Origin: a bacterium
GTDB lineage: Bacteria; Vulcanimicrobiota; Xenobia; Xenobiales; JADMJV01
Direction of reading: 5' to 3'
DNA length: 39,227 bases
Assembly (NCBI GenBank): GCA_030149525.1
Contig: JASBRJ010000256.1
Location: 1-39,227, forward strand
Position 1 is the first letter of the stretch. The number at the start of each line of letters is the position of its first letter. The translations under genes and the position numbers were made by a program. This document shows positions 1 to 7,976 of the stretch, one piece after another. The notes below the pieces were generated by a model. The model saw nothing but the letters and a program-made list of their open reading frames with translations. It was not told the DNA's origin and searched no databases.

Positions 1-593
1 TATTGGGAAAGATAGGCCGTTCGCGGGCTCAACGCTCGACGTTCGCCCACCCGGTAGATGAAAAAGTTATCGTTGAAGTTCGCCGCCGTGGCCACGGTGT
101 ACTCCGTCTCGCCCGGCTGAGTGGGTGGCTCCGACAGCTGAGTCCAGGCCCCACCGACGCTATCTTGATGAAAGAGATCGGACTGCAAGGTCGACAGATC
201 GAGATTGCGCGAATAAGCCGAGTGGTTGAGGCGTGGCCGTTCTTGCACGACTCGTGTGTAAGTGGATTCTCCCACGGTAGCCTGAAGCCGATAGACCTCG
301 GGATGAGCGGTGTCTTGAGTCAGAGTGGCGGTGTAAGGAACTGAGAAGAGCGTTCCGTTAACCGGGACTCCTAAATTGCTCACATCACCCACAACGTTGA
401 AATTGTTAACCAGGACAGCTGTGACGGAACGGGCCACGGCCATCTCCTGGGTCCGTGACTGCGCCCAGATGCTCTCTTTTTGCTTGGCGCGCATGGCGGC
501 AAGAGTTGCGGTAGAAAAAACCATGGCGCACGCTACGACCAGGAGACCCACCACGACCAGGTAGCCTTTATCCCGTAACCCTCTTCGTTTCAC
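1..593 (-). CDS. Partial CDS (N-terminal ~197 aa; C-terminus beyond window start). Membrane-anchored hypothetical, possibly pseudopilin/GspK-like (no Glu+5). Hand-translated; not in the ORF track
   Basis: The reverse-strand frame is open from a GTG at ~593 to position 1 with no stop. N-terminus MKRRGLRDKGYLVVVGLLVVACAMVF has a basic n-region followed by a TM helix. Composition downstream is Thr/Ser/Asn/Val-rich and pilin-like. Divergent from the GspF-like gene at 662. Confidence 0.45.
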   Translation of the reverse strand, partial: MKRRGLRDKGYLVVVGLLVVACAMVFSTATLAAMRAKQKESIWAQSRTQEMAVARSVTAVLVNNFNVVGDVSNLGVPVNGTLFSVPYTATLTQDTAHPEVYRLQATVGESTYTRVVQERPRLNHSAYSRNLDLSTLQSDLFHQDSVGGAWTQLSEPPTQPGETEYTVATAANFNDNFFIYRVGERRALSPRTAYLSQ

Positions 594-661
594 TCCATGA
601 GTATACACAAGACCTGAGGGGTCTACCAGGTAACCCAAGCGTTTAAGGAAAAACCTTTGGA

Positions 662-1675
662 GTGGATCTGCGCCACCAGCATAATTTTTTCTGCCAGTTG
701 GACCTCTTGATCAAAACCGGGACGCCTATCAGTCAAGCTTTAGAGCTAGTGGCAGACTCGCCCGATCCGGAGAGCGCAGAGGCCGGACAAAAGCTTCTGA
801 GACGACTGGAGACAGGCGTTCCGTTATCGGCCAGTTTCGGAGAAGTCTTCGGGCCCGTAACGGGTGGCCTCTTAGGAATTGCCGAACGGACCGGCAGCCT
901 GGTCCAGACCCTGCAAGGGATAGCCTCTCGATGCTCCGATCAGATTCGACGCCAGGACGAAGTTCGCAATGCCGTTGTGTATCCGCTGGGGGTGCTTTTG
1001 CTGTCTATGGTCGTGGGCGCCACTATTATCGTCCTCCTTCTCCCCCAACTTCTTCCTTTTGTTACGAGCTTAGGAGTGCCGCTCCCCTGGCCCACCAGAG
1101 TCCTGGTCGTTATCAATCAATGGAGTTGGGTTTGGGCTAACCTGCTTTTTCTTCCTCTCTCCGCCCTGGCGGTGATGTCGCGGACCCACCCGGAAAGACT
1201 TGAGAGTCTCAAGCTTTGGCTCAGAGAGAGCACACCGCTTTTAGCTCCCATTCTTCGCCAACTCGATCTGGCTCACGCTTGTCAGGATCTCCGTCTGTGC
1301 ATAACGGCAGGCCTCGGTTTTCACGAAGCTTTGAAACTCCTGAGCCGAACCTGTCCCAGTCCCAGTCTTGCCAGGGAATTTACATCCCTCTCCAAGGCCA
1401 TCTTCCAGGGAGAGGAATTGGAAGTCTATTTTCAACAAAACGACGAATTGAAGGGGATGTTCGGCACTGCGGTCGTTCTAGGTCAGGAAGCCGGTAAGCT
1501 CCCGGAGATGTTGAACTGCGCGGCTCGGATCTTGCAAGACAATGCGGAGTTTCAGCTTCGAAGCCTAATAACCCTGATCGAACCGGCAGCCATGGCAACC
1601 GTAAGCCTCACGGTGGGCTTTCTCGCGGTAGCGGGCCTCATGCCGATCTATCAGGTGGTCACCGCGCCTTTCTAA
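662..1675 (+). CDS. Type II secretion / type IV pilus platform protein, GspF/PilC family (two T2SSF-like repeats, compact 337 aa)
   Basis: GTG start. Two T2SSF-type segments, each followed by hydrophobic TM stretches (VVYPLGVLLLSMVVGATIIVLLLP; IEPAAMATVSLTVGFLAVAGLMPIY). This is the typical GspF C-terminal motif arrangement. Confidence 0.7.
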   Translation: MDLRHQHNFFCQLDLLIKTGTPISQALELVADSPDPESAEAGQKLLRRLETGVPLSASFGEVFGPVTGGLLGIAERTGSLVQTLQGIASRCSDQIRRQDEVRNAVVYPLGVLLLSMVVGATIIVLLLPQLLPFVTSLGVPLPWPTRVLVVINQWSWVWANLLFLPLSALAVMSRTHPERLESLKLWLRESTPLLAPILRQLDLAHACQDLRLCITAGLGFHEALKLLSRTCPSPSLAREFTSLSKAIFQGEELEVYFQQNDELKGMFGTAVVLGQEAGKLPEMLNCAARILQDNAEFQLRSLITLIEPAAMATVSLTVGFLAVAGLMPIYQVVTAPF

Positions 1676-1693
1676 CCTCTGCGCCGCTGGGTC

Positions 1694-2797
1694 CTACCGG
1701 TGCGGGACCGTTTGTCCGCCCTCGACTCGATAACGATAACTCGAACTGAAAATCCCGGCGGCCCGATCAGTCCAGCCTGACTCGGTGTCTTCGGTATGAC
1801 TTAAACTGGAGGAAAAGATCCCTCCATCCTTCACAGTGTACTCCGGATGACCGGTCTCTCGACCCACCACAATACGAGAGGTCACCCAGCCGTTGTCGCG
1901 GCGCTCTAGTTCTTGAGAATCGTAAGTGAACGTGGTGTCTCCGGAGAACCAACCCGGATACTCGATAGTGGTCGAGCCGGGTGTATTGGAGATATGCCAG
2001 GTTGCTCCCCCGAAGAATCCGCTCACTTCAAGGTCGGCATGATCGCCGTGCTTGTAGAGGTCGTAATCTTGTCCATAGCGACTGTTGATGCGAGTAGTTT
2101 CACCACGATTCTCAACTTCGAAGGTCCAGGAACTTCCGAAAAAACCACGCTCTCCGACTTCCACGGTGTTCTTGGACACATCGATGTCGTAGTTTCCGAA
2201 AAGACTCCCACTCGTGCGATAATCACCGTCGCGCTCTCTCTCCAGACGACCGCGACTGCCGAAAGGTCCTCGCACCTCCACGTAAGAGGGATTCACCACA
2301 GCCTCTCCGGGTGCCCCGCGGGCGACAAGTTGGGGAGCCACGAAAAGGTTTCCATTGAGGTCTCTGGCTACGCCCTCCCCCGCATGAATGGCTACCGGGT
2401 GGTAAGCTACTTCTTCGTCGTGGCAAACCGTCTGGCCCTGAGAGTCCGTGTCGCACTCTCGCTCTGTCTTTCGCTCAAGGTCCACTCGCTGAATAGAACT
2501 GGAGAGGACCACCACCTCCGGAGCGTCGATTTCCACCTGAATCTCTGGAGCGGGTGGCGCTGCCGCCGCAGTCCCGGCTGAACCAAGAAGAGCACCACAG
2601 GCCATGCCCACTCCTGCGGCCACTTTAGCCCAGGAAACGTCGCTTTTCTCCTCATATCGGGCAGCGCTCAAGTCGGCTTGAGGCTTGAGCGATTGTGGCC
2701 CCTCTCGATTCAGACGAGGCGGGGCGGCGAATCGACGACGCAGGGGCGAGCTTTTCAACAGGGACATATATACTCCAAATCTTTCAAGGCGGAGCAT
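1694..2797 (-). CDS. Hypothetical exported protein (Gly/Ser/Thr/Asp/Tyr-rich, probable signal peptide; true start may be internal)
   Basis: 367-aa ORF. Hydrophobic segment WAKVAAGVGMACGALLGSAGTAAAA follows a long N-region. The mature part is rich in G, S, T, D, E, Y with repeated GxFG / SSS motifs. Convergent with the GspF-like gene. Confidence 0.5.
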   Translation of the reverse strand: MLRLERFGVYMSLLKSSPLRRRFAAPPRLNREGPQSLKPQADLSAARYEEKSDVSWAKVAAGVGMACGALLGSAGTAAAAPPAPEIQVEIDAPEVVVLSSSIQRVDLERKTERECDTDSQGQTVCHDEEVAYHPVAIHAGEGVARDLNGNLFVAPQLVARGAPGEAVVNPSYVEVRGPFGSRGRLERERDGDYRTSGSLFGNYDIDVSKNTVEVGERGFFGSSWTFEVENRGETTRINSRYGQDYDLYKHGDHADLEVSGFFGGATWHISNTPGSTTIEYPGWFSGDTTFTYDSQELERRDNGWVTSRIVVGRETGHPEYTVKDGGIFSSSLSHTEDTESGWTDRAAGIFSSSYRYRVEGGQTVPHR

Positions 2798-2838
2798 ATT
2801 CCTGAGGTCGGTGAGGATTGTTAACGAAAGGTTTCCGT

Positions 2839-4302
2839 TCAGAAAAGATCGGGATGGGAGCGAGGAAAATGAAGCACGAAACTGGTGCCACGACCCGCCT
2901 TACTTTCCACTTCAATTCTTCCACCGTGAGCCTCCAACAGTCGGCGCACGCTAAAAAGACCAAGCCCGGTACCACGGATCTGGCGATGAGGCTCCAGTCG
3001 AACGAACGGATCGAAAAGCCGGCTCAACCCCTCCTCGGAAATACCCAGGCCTGTATCGGAGATGGTGAGTTTGTCCCAGTATTCCCCGCCCACGAGCGCG
3101 ACTGTCACCTTCCCTCCGTCGGGACTGTACTTGAGAGCGTTGTCTATCAGATTACAAATGATCTGACAAACGCGATCATTGTCTCCCAAGAGACGGGCGT
3201 TGTCCTCGATATCAATTTGGATGTCAAAGCTTTCCTGGCGCTGGGGACTGAGTTGCTCCAGCGCCATCTTCACCTCTCGCTCAACCATATCTCGGATGGG
3301 GATCCAGCAATAACGAAGATCGAGAGTCTGGCCACTCTCAAGCTTCTGGACATCGAGGTAAAGACCCACCAATCGAGTCGCCCTTTCCACCGCCGTATCA
3401 AGCCCCTCCAACACCTGTCGATGGGTGTTCTCCGGCAGCGGCCTTCGCAGCAAGGAAAGTCCTGTGCGCATCACAGTGAGAGGAGACTTCAAGTCGTGGG
3501 ATGCGATAGCCAAGAAAGCCGACAGCGTCTCTCGGTGAGCCTTGAGCTCACGATTCTGCGCGATCTCGGCAAACTGCCGCTGGGCTGCTGCCTCCCGTTC
3601 GGCCTGCAGCTTCATATTCTGGAGACAGATAGCCGCCTGAGCTGCAAGCCCCGGCATAAGATCAAGATCTTGGGAACCAAATTGATTGGACCGATGAGAA
3701 TCGACGTAGAGGACACCGAGAACTCGATTGCCCAGGATCAGTGGTTCACAAAGGACCGAACGAACTCCCGACATTCGAGTGTTCTCTCCGCTCCAATTCT
3801 CGCTCCTGTGGCCCACGGACCCCACGGTTCTGCGTTCACGCATAGCCGTTACGATGGCCGTGCGGGAAGCACGAAAAGCATCTTTACTCAACTCGTCGGC
3901 CGAGAGTCGATAGGTGGCTGCCACCACCAGTCCGCCCATAGGCTTACTAAGACTCGCTTGCCGTCGCCCCTGGAGAAGGAGATATCCTCTCTCGGCCTTG
4001 GTCAGTTCAACCGCTGAATTCACGATCATCTGAAAAAGCGAGGCGGGTTCATTTTCCGCCGTGAGCGAACGAGTGATTTCCAGAAGCCGTTTCAGCCTGG
4101 CGGCGCTGGCACCTCGGGTGCCGAATTCAAGACTTCCACTATTGCCCGTGGGTGGAGAAGTGGCCTGAGTGGGTTCGACCGTATGACGTCTGACGGAGTG
4201 GGAGAGAGACTGCTCGGCCACGGCGTTGTGATAAAGAGAAGCCGCATCGAAGGGGAGTTGCGCCTTTTCAGGCACTTTCTCTGGGCCGTAAGAAAAGAGC
4301 AT
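2839..4302 (-). CDS. Sensor histidine kinase with N-terminal GAF domain (GAF-HisKA-HATPase_c)
   Basis: H-box AIASHDLKSPLTVM. N/G boxes NLIDNALKYSPDGG and ISDTGLGISEEGLSRLFDPF...GTGLGLFSVRRLLEAHGG. A GAF-like region lies N-terminal to the H-box. Confidence 0.85.
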   Translation of the reverse strand: MLFSYGPEKVPEKAQLPFDAASLYHNAVAEQSLSHSVRRHTVEPTQATSPPTGNSGSLEFGTRGASAARLKRLLEITRSLTAENEPASLFQMIVNSAVELTKAERGYLLLQGRRQASLSKPMGGLVVAATYRLSADELSKDAFRASRTAIVTAMRERRTVGSVGHRSENWSGENTRMSGVRSVLCEPLILGNRVLGVLYVDSHRSNQFGSQDLDLMPGLAAQAAICLQNMKLQAEREAAAQRQFAEIAQNRELKAHRETLSAFLAIASHDLKSPLTVMRTGLSLLRRPLPENTHRQVLEGLDTAVERATRLVGLYLDVQKLESGQTLDLRYCWIPIRDMVEREVKMALEQLSPQRQESFDIQIDIEDNARLLGDNDRVCQIICNLIDNALKYSPDGGKVTVALVGGEYWDKLTISDTGLGISEEGLSRLFDPFVRLEPHRQIRGTGLGLFSVRRLLEAHGGRIEVESKAGRGTSFVLHFPRSHPDLF

Positions 4303-4346
4303 GCTTATAGTTTATTTGAACTACCTAAAAAACACTGTGATCCAGT

Positions 4347-4718
4347 TCACAGACGACGCTGAATCCTCGCCACTCTGGTTTCCAGAGACCAGCGGCCTGA
4401 GGGAAAGACGGCTTCGCAACGGATGCTCTTGACTTTGACCGGGGTGGCACTCTCGGGAGTCACTTTCACGCGAATAAGGTAGTCCGTGTTATCCACCTTC
4501 ACCGACCGACTGCTGTCCACCACAGACTCAAAGGGCGCGCCCCTGATAGCCTCTACTTGACTCAAAACCAGCCTCTGGGCGGTCATTTTCTGCCACGCCT
4601 TTCGGTCGGCTTTGTGGGAAAACGGAAAGACGGCAGCAACCACTACCAGTGTCATAACCAAAAGACCGAGTGCCAGCAGAACCTCGGCCAGCAAGCCCCC
4701 TGATCTTTTACACCTCAT
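4347..4718 (-). CDS. Prepilin-type pseudopilin (GspG/GspI-like minor pseudopilin)
   Basis: N-terminus MRCKRSG|GLLAEVLLALGLLVMTLVVV is a class III signal: short basic leader, Gly, Glu at +5, then a hydrophobic helix. It is 123 aa. The start overlaps the STPK stop by 11 nt. Confidence 0.7.
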   Translation of the reverse strand: MRCKRSGGLLAEVLLALGLLVMTLVVVAAVFPFSHKADRKAWQKMTAQRLVLSQVEAIRGAPFESVVDSSRSVKVDNTDYLIRVKVTPESATPVKVKSIRCEAVFPSGRWSLETRVARIQRRL

Positions 4719-6048
4719 CCTTCACCTCAGCCAGGATTTGTTGGATAACTGCTGGGTCGGAGAGTCTCTCCGAGGGTCTTTTTCTAAGCAGGGCATCCAC
4801 CATTTCAGCCAGTTTCTCGGGAACACCGGTCACCCGGGGCGGCTTTTTGAAAGCGTGTTGGGACAAGACCTCCATGGAGGTGCGCCCGGTGAAGGGCGGC
4901 ATGCCCTCCAGCATTTCAAACAAGATAACTCCCGCCGCGTAATAGTCGCACTCTATCCCTGCGGTGGCTTGGATCTGCTCCGGACTCATGTAGAGAGGCG
5001 TCCCCATGGATTGACCGGTCCTGGTCAGCTTCTGCTCCGACTCGATGACCCGCGCTAATCCGAAGTCCAGAATTTTTAGCGTTTGCCGATCGGTGACAAA
5101 GAGGTTGGCAGGCTTGATATCGCGATGCACAATTCCCCGGGAATGGGCAAAAGCGAGCCCATCGATCAGTTGCTCAAAGAGCGAGACCACCTGCTTTTTT
5201 TTCAAAAGCGGCTGTGCCTTGAGCACTTTGTCCAAAGGCTTTCCGGGAACGAACTCGCTCACCAGGTAAGTCGACTCATTCAGCACACCGAAGGCATAAA
5301 GCTTGACGATATTGGGGTGCTTCAACCGGCCACCGATCTCGATCTCACGCTTCACCCGTTGAGCAACTTCGCCATCATCCTCTATCGGTTTCAAGAGCTT
5401 AATAGCGACGGTTTCCTCGCTGCCTTCTCTGCGAGCTTTATAGACGGTCGAGTAAGTTCCGACTCCTAGTTGATCCAGGATTTCGTAGTCGTCGAGCAGG
5501 TCTCCGGGCTTGAGAGTGCCCCCTTCCCTGAGCCGGCTTCTCAGAAGCTCCATCTCCTCGACCGCCGAGGCGAGAACCCTCTTGGTATCCTGCCGAGCCC
5601 TGTCAGCCTCATTACGATATCGCCAAAAACCTAGGGCGAACCCTCCGGCAAGAACCGAGAGCCCTAGAGTGACGCTGATCGGATAAAGAAACCAGATGGT
5701 GCGACACAAAGGAAGAAAGGCTTCCGGGCGGAGGTTTCTTTCCAACCTCCACAGGCCCGGACTCACGGCTTGCCCTTGAGTCAACTTCACCTGGCCCTCG
5801 TAGGTCTCAAATCCTGGGGCCAGAATCCTGACTCTGAACTGAAGAAGCTCAGGCTTTACAGGGACTTCTCGATGATTAGGAAGCAGATCTCCCTCCGGAG
5901 GGCTACCCGGCCAAAAGGCACGCACCTGGGCTTCCGGGGGAAAAATATCAAAGAAAACACGCTTACTTACAGCCTCTCCGAGAGTGGCAACAGAAAGCAT
6001 CAGCACCAGGGCTAGGAGGAAAGGAGACTTCACCGGAGTTGCGCCCAA
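4708..6048 (-). CDS. Hanks-type serine/threonine protein kinase, membrane-anchored with extracytoplasmic N-terminal domain and C-terminal kinase domain
   Basis: Kinase motifs LGVGTYSTVYKA (Gly loop), VAIKLLK, HRDIKPANLF, DFGLAR, GTPLYMSPE. N-terminal signal/TM (FLLALVLMLSVATLG), a ~95-aa extracytoplasmic segment, a second TM (IWFLYPISVTLGLSVLAGGFALGFW), then the kinase. Confidence 0.9.
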   Translation of the reverse strand: MGATPVKSPFLLALVLMLSVATLGEAVSKRVFFDIFPPEAQVRAFWPGSPPEGDLLPNHREVPVKPELLQFRVRILAPGFETYEGQVKLTQGQAVSPGLWRLERNLRPEAFLPLCRTIWFLYPISVTLGLSVLAGGFALGFWRYRNEADRARQDTKRVLASAVEEMELLRSRLREGGTLKPGDLLDDYEILDQLGVGTYSTVYKARREGSEETVAIKLLKPIEDDGEVAQRVKREIEIGGRLKHPNIVKLYAFGVLNESTYLVSEFVPGKPLDKVLKAQPLLKKKQVVSLFEQLIDGLAFAHSRGIVHRDIKPANLFVTDRQTLKILDFGLARVIESEQKLTRTGQSMGTPLYMSPEQIQATAGIECDYYAAGVILFEMLEGMPPFTGRTSMEVLSQHAFKKPPRVTGVPEKLAEMVDALLRKRPSERLSDPAVIQQILAEVKDEV

Positions 6049-7280
6049 TACACTCGAACCGCGTTACTCTGACCGTTGGCTGCTAGGTAGGAACTGGCAA
6101 AAGCGGTGAAGTCGGAAAGATGGACGACCCGAGAACCCAGACCCAGATTCACATTTCCGAGAGCCGGTTGGGTTGTGTTGACGGCATAGACGGCCCCCAG
6201 GACGGTGACGGCAAATAGGGGCCCGCCGTTCACGTTGCCATGGGTGTAAAGCACTCCCTGAAAAACACTAGGCAAAAGTATGTTGATATCGCCTCCGCTA
6301 AAAAGCGTCAGGCGATCGTTACCGGACAGATTCACGGCCGAAAGAAAGTTCGTTTCTCCCTCCACGAAGAGAGTTCCGGTGCCGGCGATCACACCGTTCA
6401 CTGTGAGATCTCCTTTGACATAGATCTCTGCGTTCACCATGGTCACCGCGCCGGTGAAGGTCACCGAATCGTCGTAATACACCTGGCCCGTCAGAATAGG
6501 AGTTATGTTGACCCCTCCCGGAAGAAGACTGACTCCTGGCTTCCCATCATTCACAAAATCTGTGATAACAAGGTCCGGGAGAGACTCGGGGGACTGATTT
6601 TCCTCAATATCTCCCAAGACATTGGAGGCGCCTCCTACCGTCACGCCCCCCACAGACCGGGCATCGCCGGTCACCCGACTCAGCCCCCCAAGCTCCAGGG
6701 AATTGAGGCCTGGAGCTCCCGAATAAACACTCCCGTCGAGGTCCGGAGAACCGGCTTGTGATAGAGATCTTGCTGCGGTGGCTGTGACGGTGTTCAGGTT
6801 CAGACGACCGGTCCCAGCGATGGCGTAAGGGATAGCCTCCAAGCGAACCAGTCCTTCTACCACCGCGACCTCACCGGAAGGGCTACTCCCTTTGGAGATG
6901 ACGTTGGCGTGATAGGGTGGGACGGTGCGCCCGTTATAGCCCGGGACGCCGGCCTGACCGGCGAGATTGTTCACCGAATAAAAAGAAGCGCTCGAAGGAC
7001 CAAAAGTAACTTCGTAGCGACTCTTGTCGGGCAACGTTAGGGTGAAGCTCTCGTTGCCGAGACCGACACCGGGATCGCGGGCAAGCTCTCCGGTGATCTG
7101 CTCCAATCCGGCTTCTGCCGCCGCCAGGGCAAGGGCTCGTTGCTGGGCTCGATTGACCGTTCTAAGATCGAAGGTCGCTAGATTCACCAACGTGAGTCCA
7201 AAGATCACTAGAAACATCATTACCAGGAAGGTGGCGGCAAGCGCCCCGCCCATGGGTCGAGAATAAAGCGACCGCCGCAC
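6030..7280 (-). CDS. Large pseudopilin, GspK-like (N-terminal pseudopilin helix + beta-rich C-terminal domain)
   Basis: Proposed GTG start at 7280 (MRRSLYSRPMGGALAATFLVMMFLVIFGLTLVNLATFDL...AAAEAGLEQ), preceded by AAGGAG about 10 nt upstream. GspK-type motif AxxEAGL with no Glu+5. The track ORF reaches 7382 but the upstream extension lacks an RBS. The start overlaps the preceding stop (TAGTG). Confidence 0.6.
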   Translation of the reverse strand: MRRSLYSRPMGGALAATFLVMMFLVIFGLTLVNLATFDLRTVNRAQQRALALAAAEAGLEQITGELARDPGVGLGNESFTLTLPDKSRYEVTFGPSSASFYSVNNLAGQAGVPGYNGRTVPPYHANVISKGSSPSGEVAVVEGLVRLEAIPYAIAGTGRLNLNTVTATAARSLSQAGSPDLDGSVYSGAPGLNSLELGGLSRVTGDARSVGGVTVGGASNVLGDIEENQSPESLPDLVITDFVNDGKPGVSLLPGGVNITPILTGQVYYDDSVTFTGAVTMVNAEIYVKGDLTVNGVIAGTGTLFVEGETNFLSAVNLSGNDRLTLFSGGDINILLPSVFQGVLYTHGNVNGGPLFAVTVLGAVYAVNTTQPALGNVNLGLGSRVVHLSDFTAFASSYLAANGQSNAVRVYWAQLR

Positions 7281-7976
7281 TACTCGTTCTCTCCTTGAAT
7301 TCGAGGGGTCAAGAGAAACTCTCGTCGAGCCACAATCCGGCCTTGAGGCGAGTCGGTGGTAAAGGTGAGAACAAAATTCCATTGCCTCTCTTCACTTGTC
7401 GGGGTCACTTCAAAGGTCTCGAGGTGGCCGGCCCAACGCTCTTCGACAATCCCTGAGGAGCAGGCGGCTATAAGCTCCGTCTGAGTGAACGCGAAAGGGT
7501 CGGTTGTGGGCAGAGGGGGCTTCTTCCATCTCAACCGAACCAATCGCCTTTTGGCCGAGTCGAGCTTCAGTATGGTGACGGTTCGCCAGAACGTCCGTCC
7601 GGAAACCGGATCGAAACTGGCAACAGAGTCGCTTCCTTCATGAGTTAAGAAGCTGACCGCCGAAAGAGTGGGCTGATTGACGCTGGTGACTGAATCCGGA
7701 GTGGAAGGGAGAAAGGCCGTTCTAATCCTGGCTTCGGCCAGAAGGGCCGCTTGCTCGATCTCAGCCCTGGCCCGAGTCTGCTTCCAGATTTGGAACCCGG
7801 GGAGTAGCACCTGGGCGATAATAGATAACAGAACTCCTATGAGCCCAAGAGCGATCAGACTCTCAAGGAGAGATAGTCCGGCGGTGCTATTCTGAGTTCT
7901 AGAGAAAATTTTGCACCATCCGAACCAACGGCAAGAGACAGGCCAGGGCGACCAGGCCCACCAGGAGACCGACAAC
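7280..7976 (-). CDS. Prepilin-type pseudopilin (GspJ-like size), start codon uncertain
   Basis: Class III signal ...NSTAG|LSLLESLIALGLIGVLLSIIA with Glu+5. There is no ATG/GTG/TTG within 25 codons upstream of the Gly. The candidate TTG starts at 7976 or 8035 overlap the 3' end of the GAF-GspF gene. The upstream extension is Trp-rich, which is an antisense artefact. Confidence 0.55.

Noticed and set aside
3-344. 113-aa plus-strand ORF at window start (and 376..564)
   Set aside because: Arg-rich, no RBS, different frames. The reverse strand carries a more protein-like continuous frame (reported as a partial CDS).
2818-4017. 399-aa plus-strand ORF
   Set aside because: It is entirely antisense to the well-supported GAF histidine-kinase gene. 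Composition is Arg/Ser/Leu-rich and non-protein-like, with no motifs.
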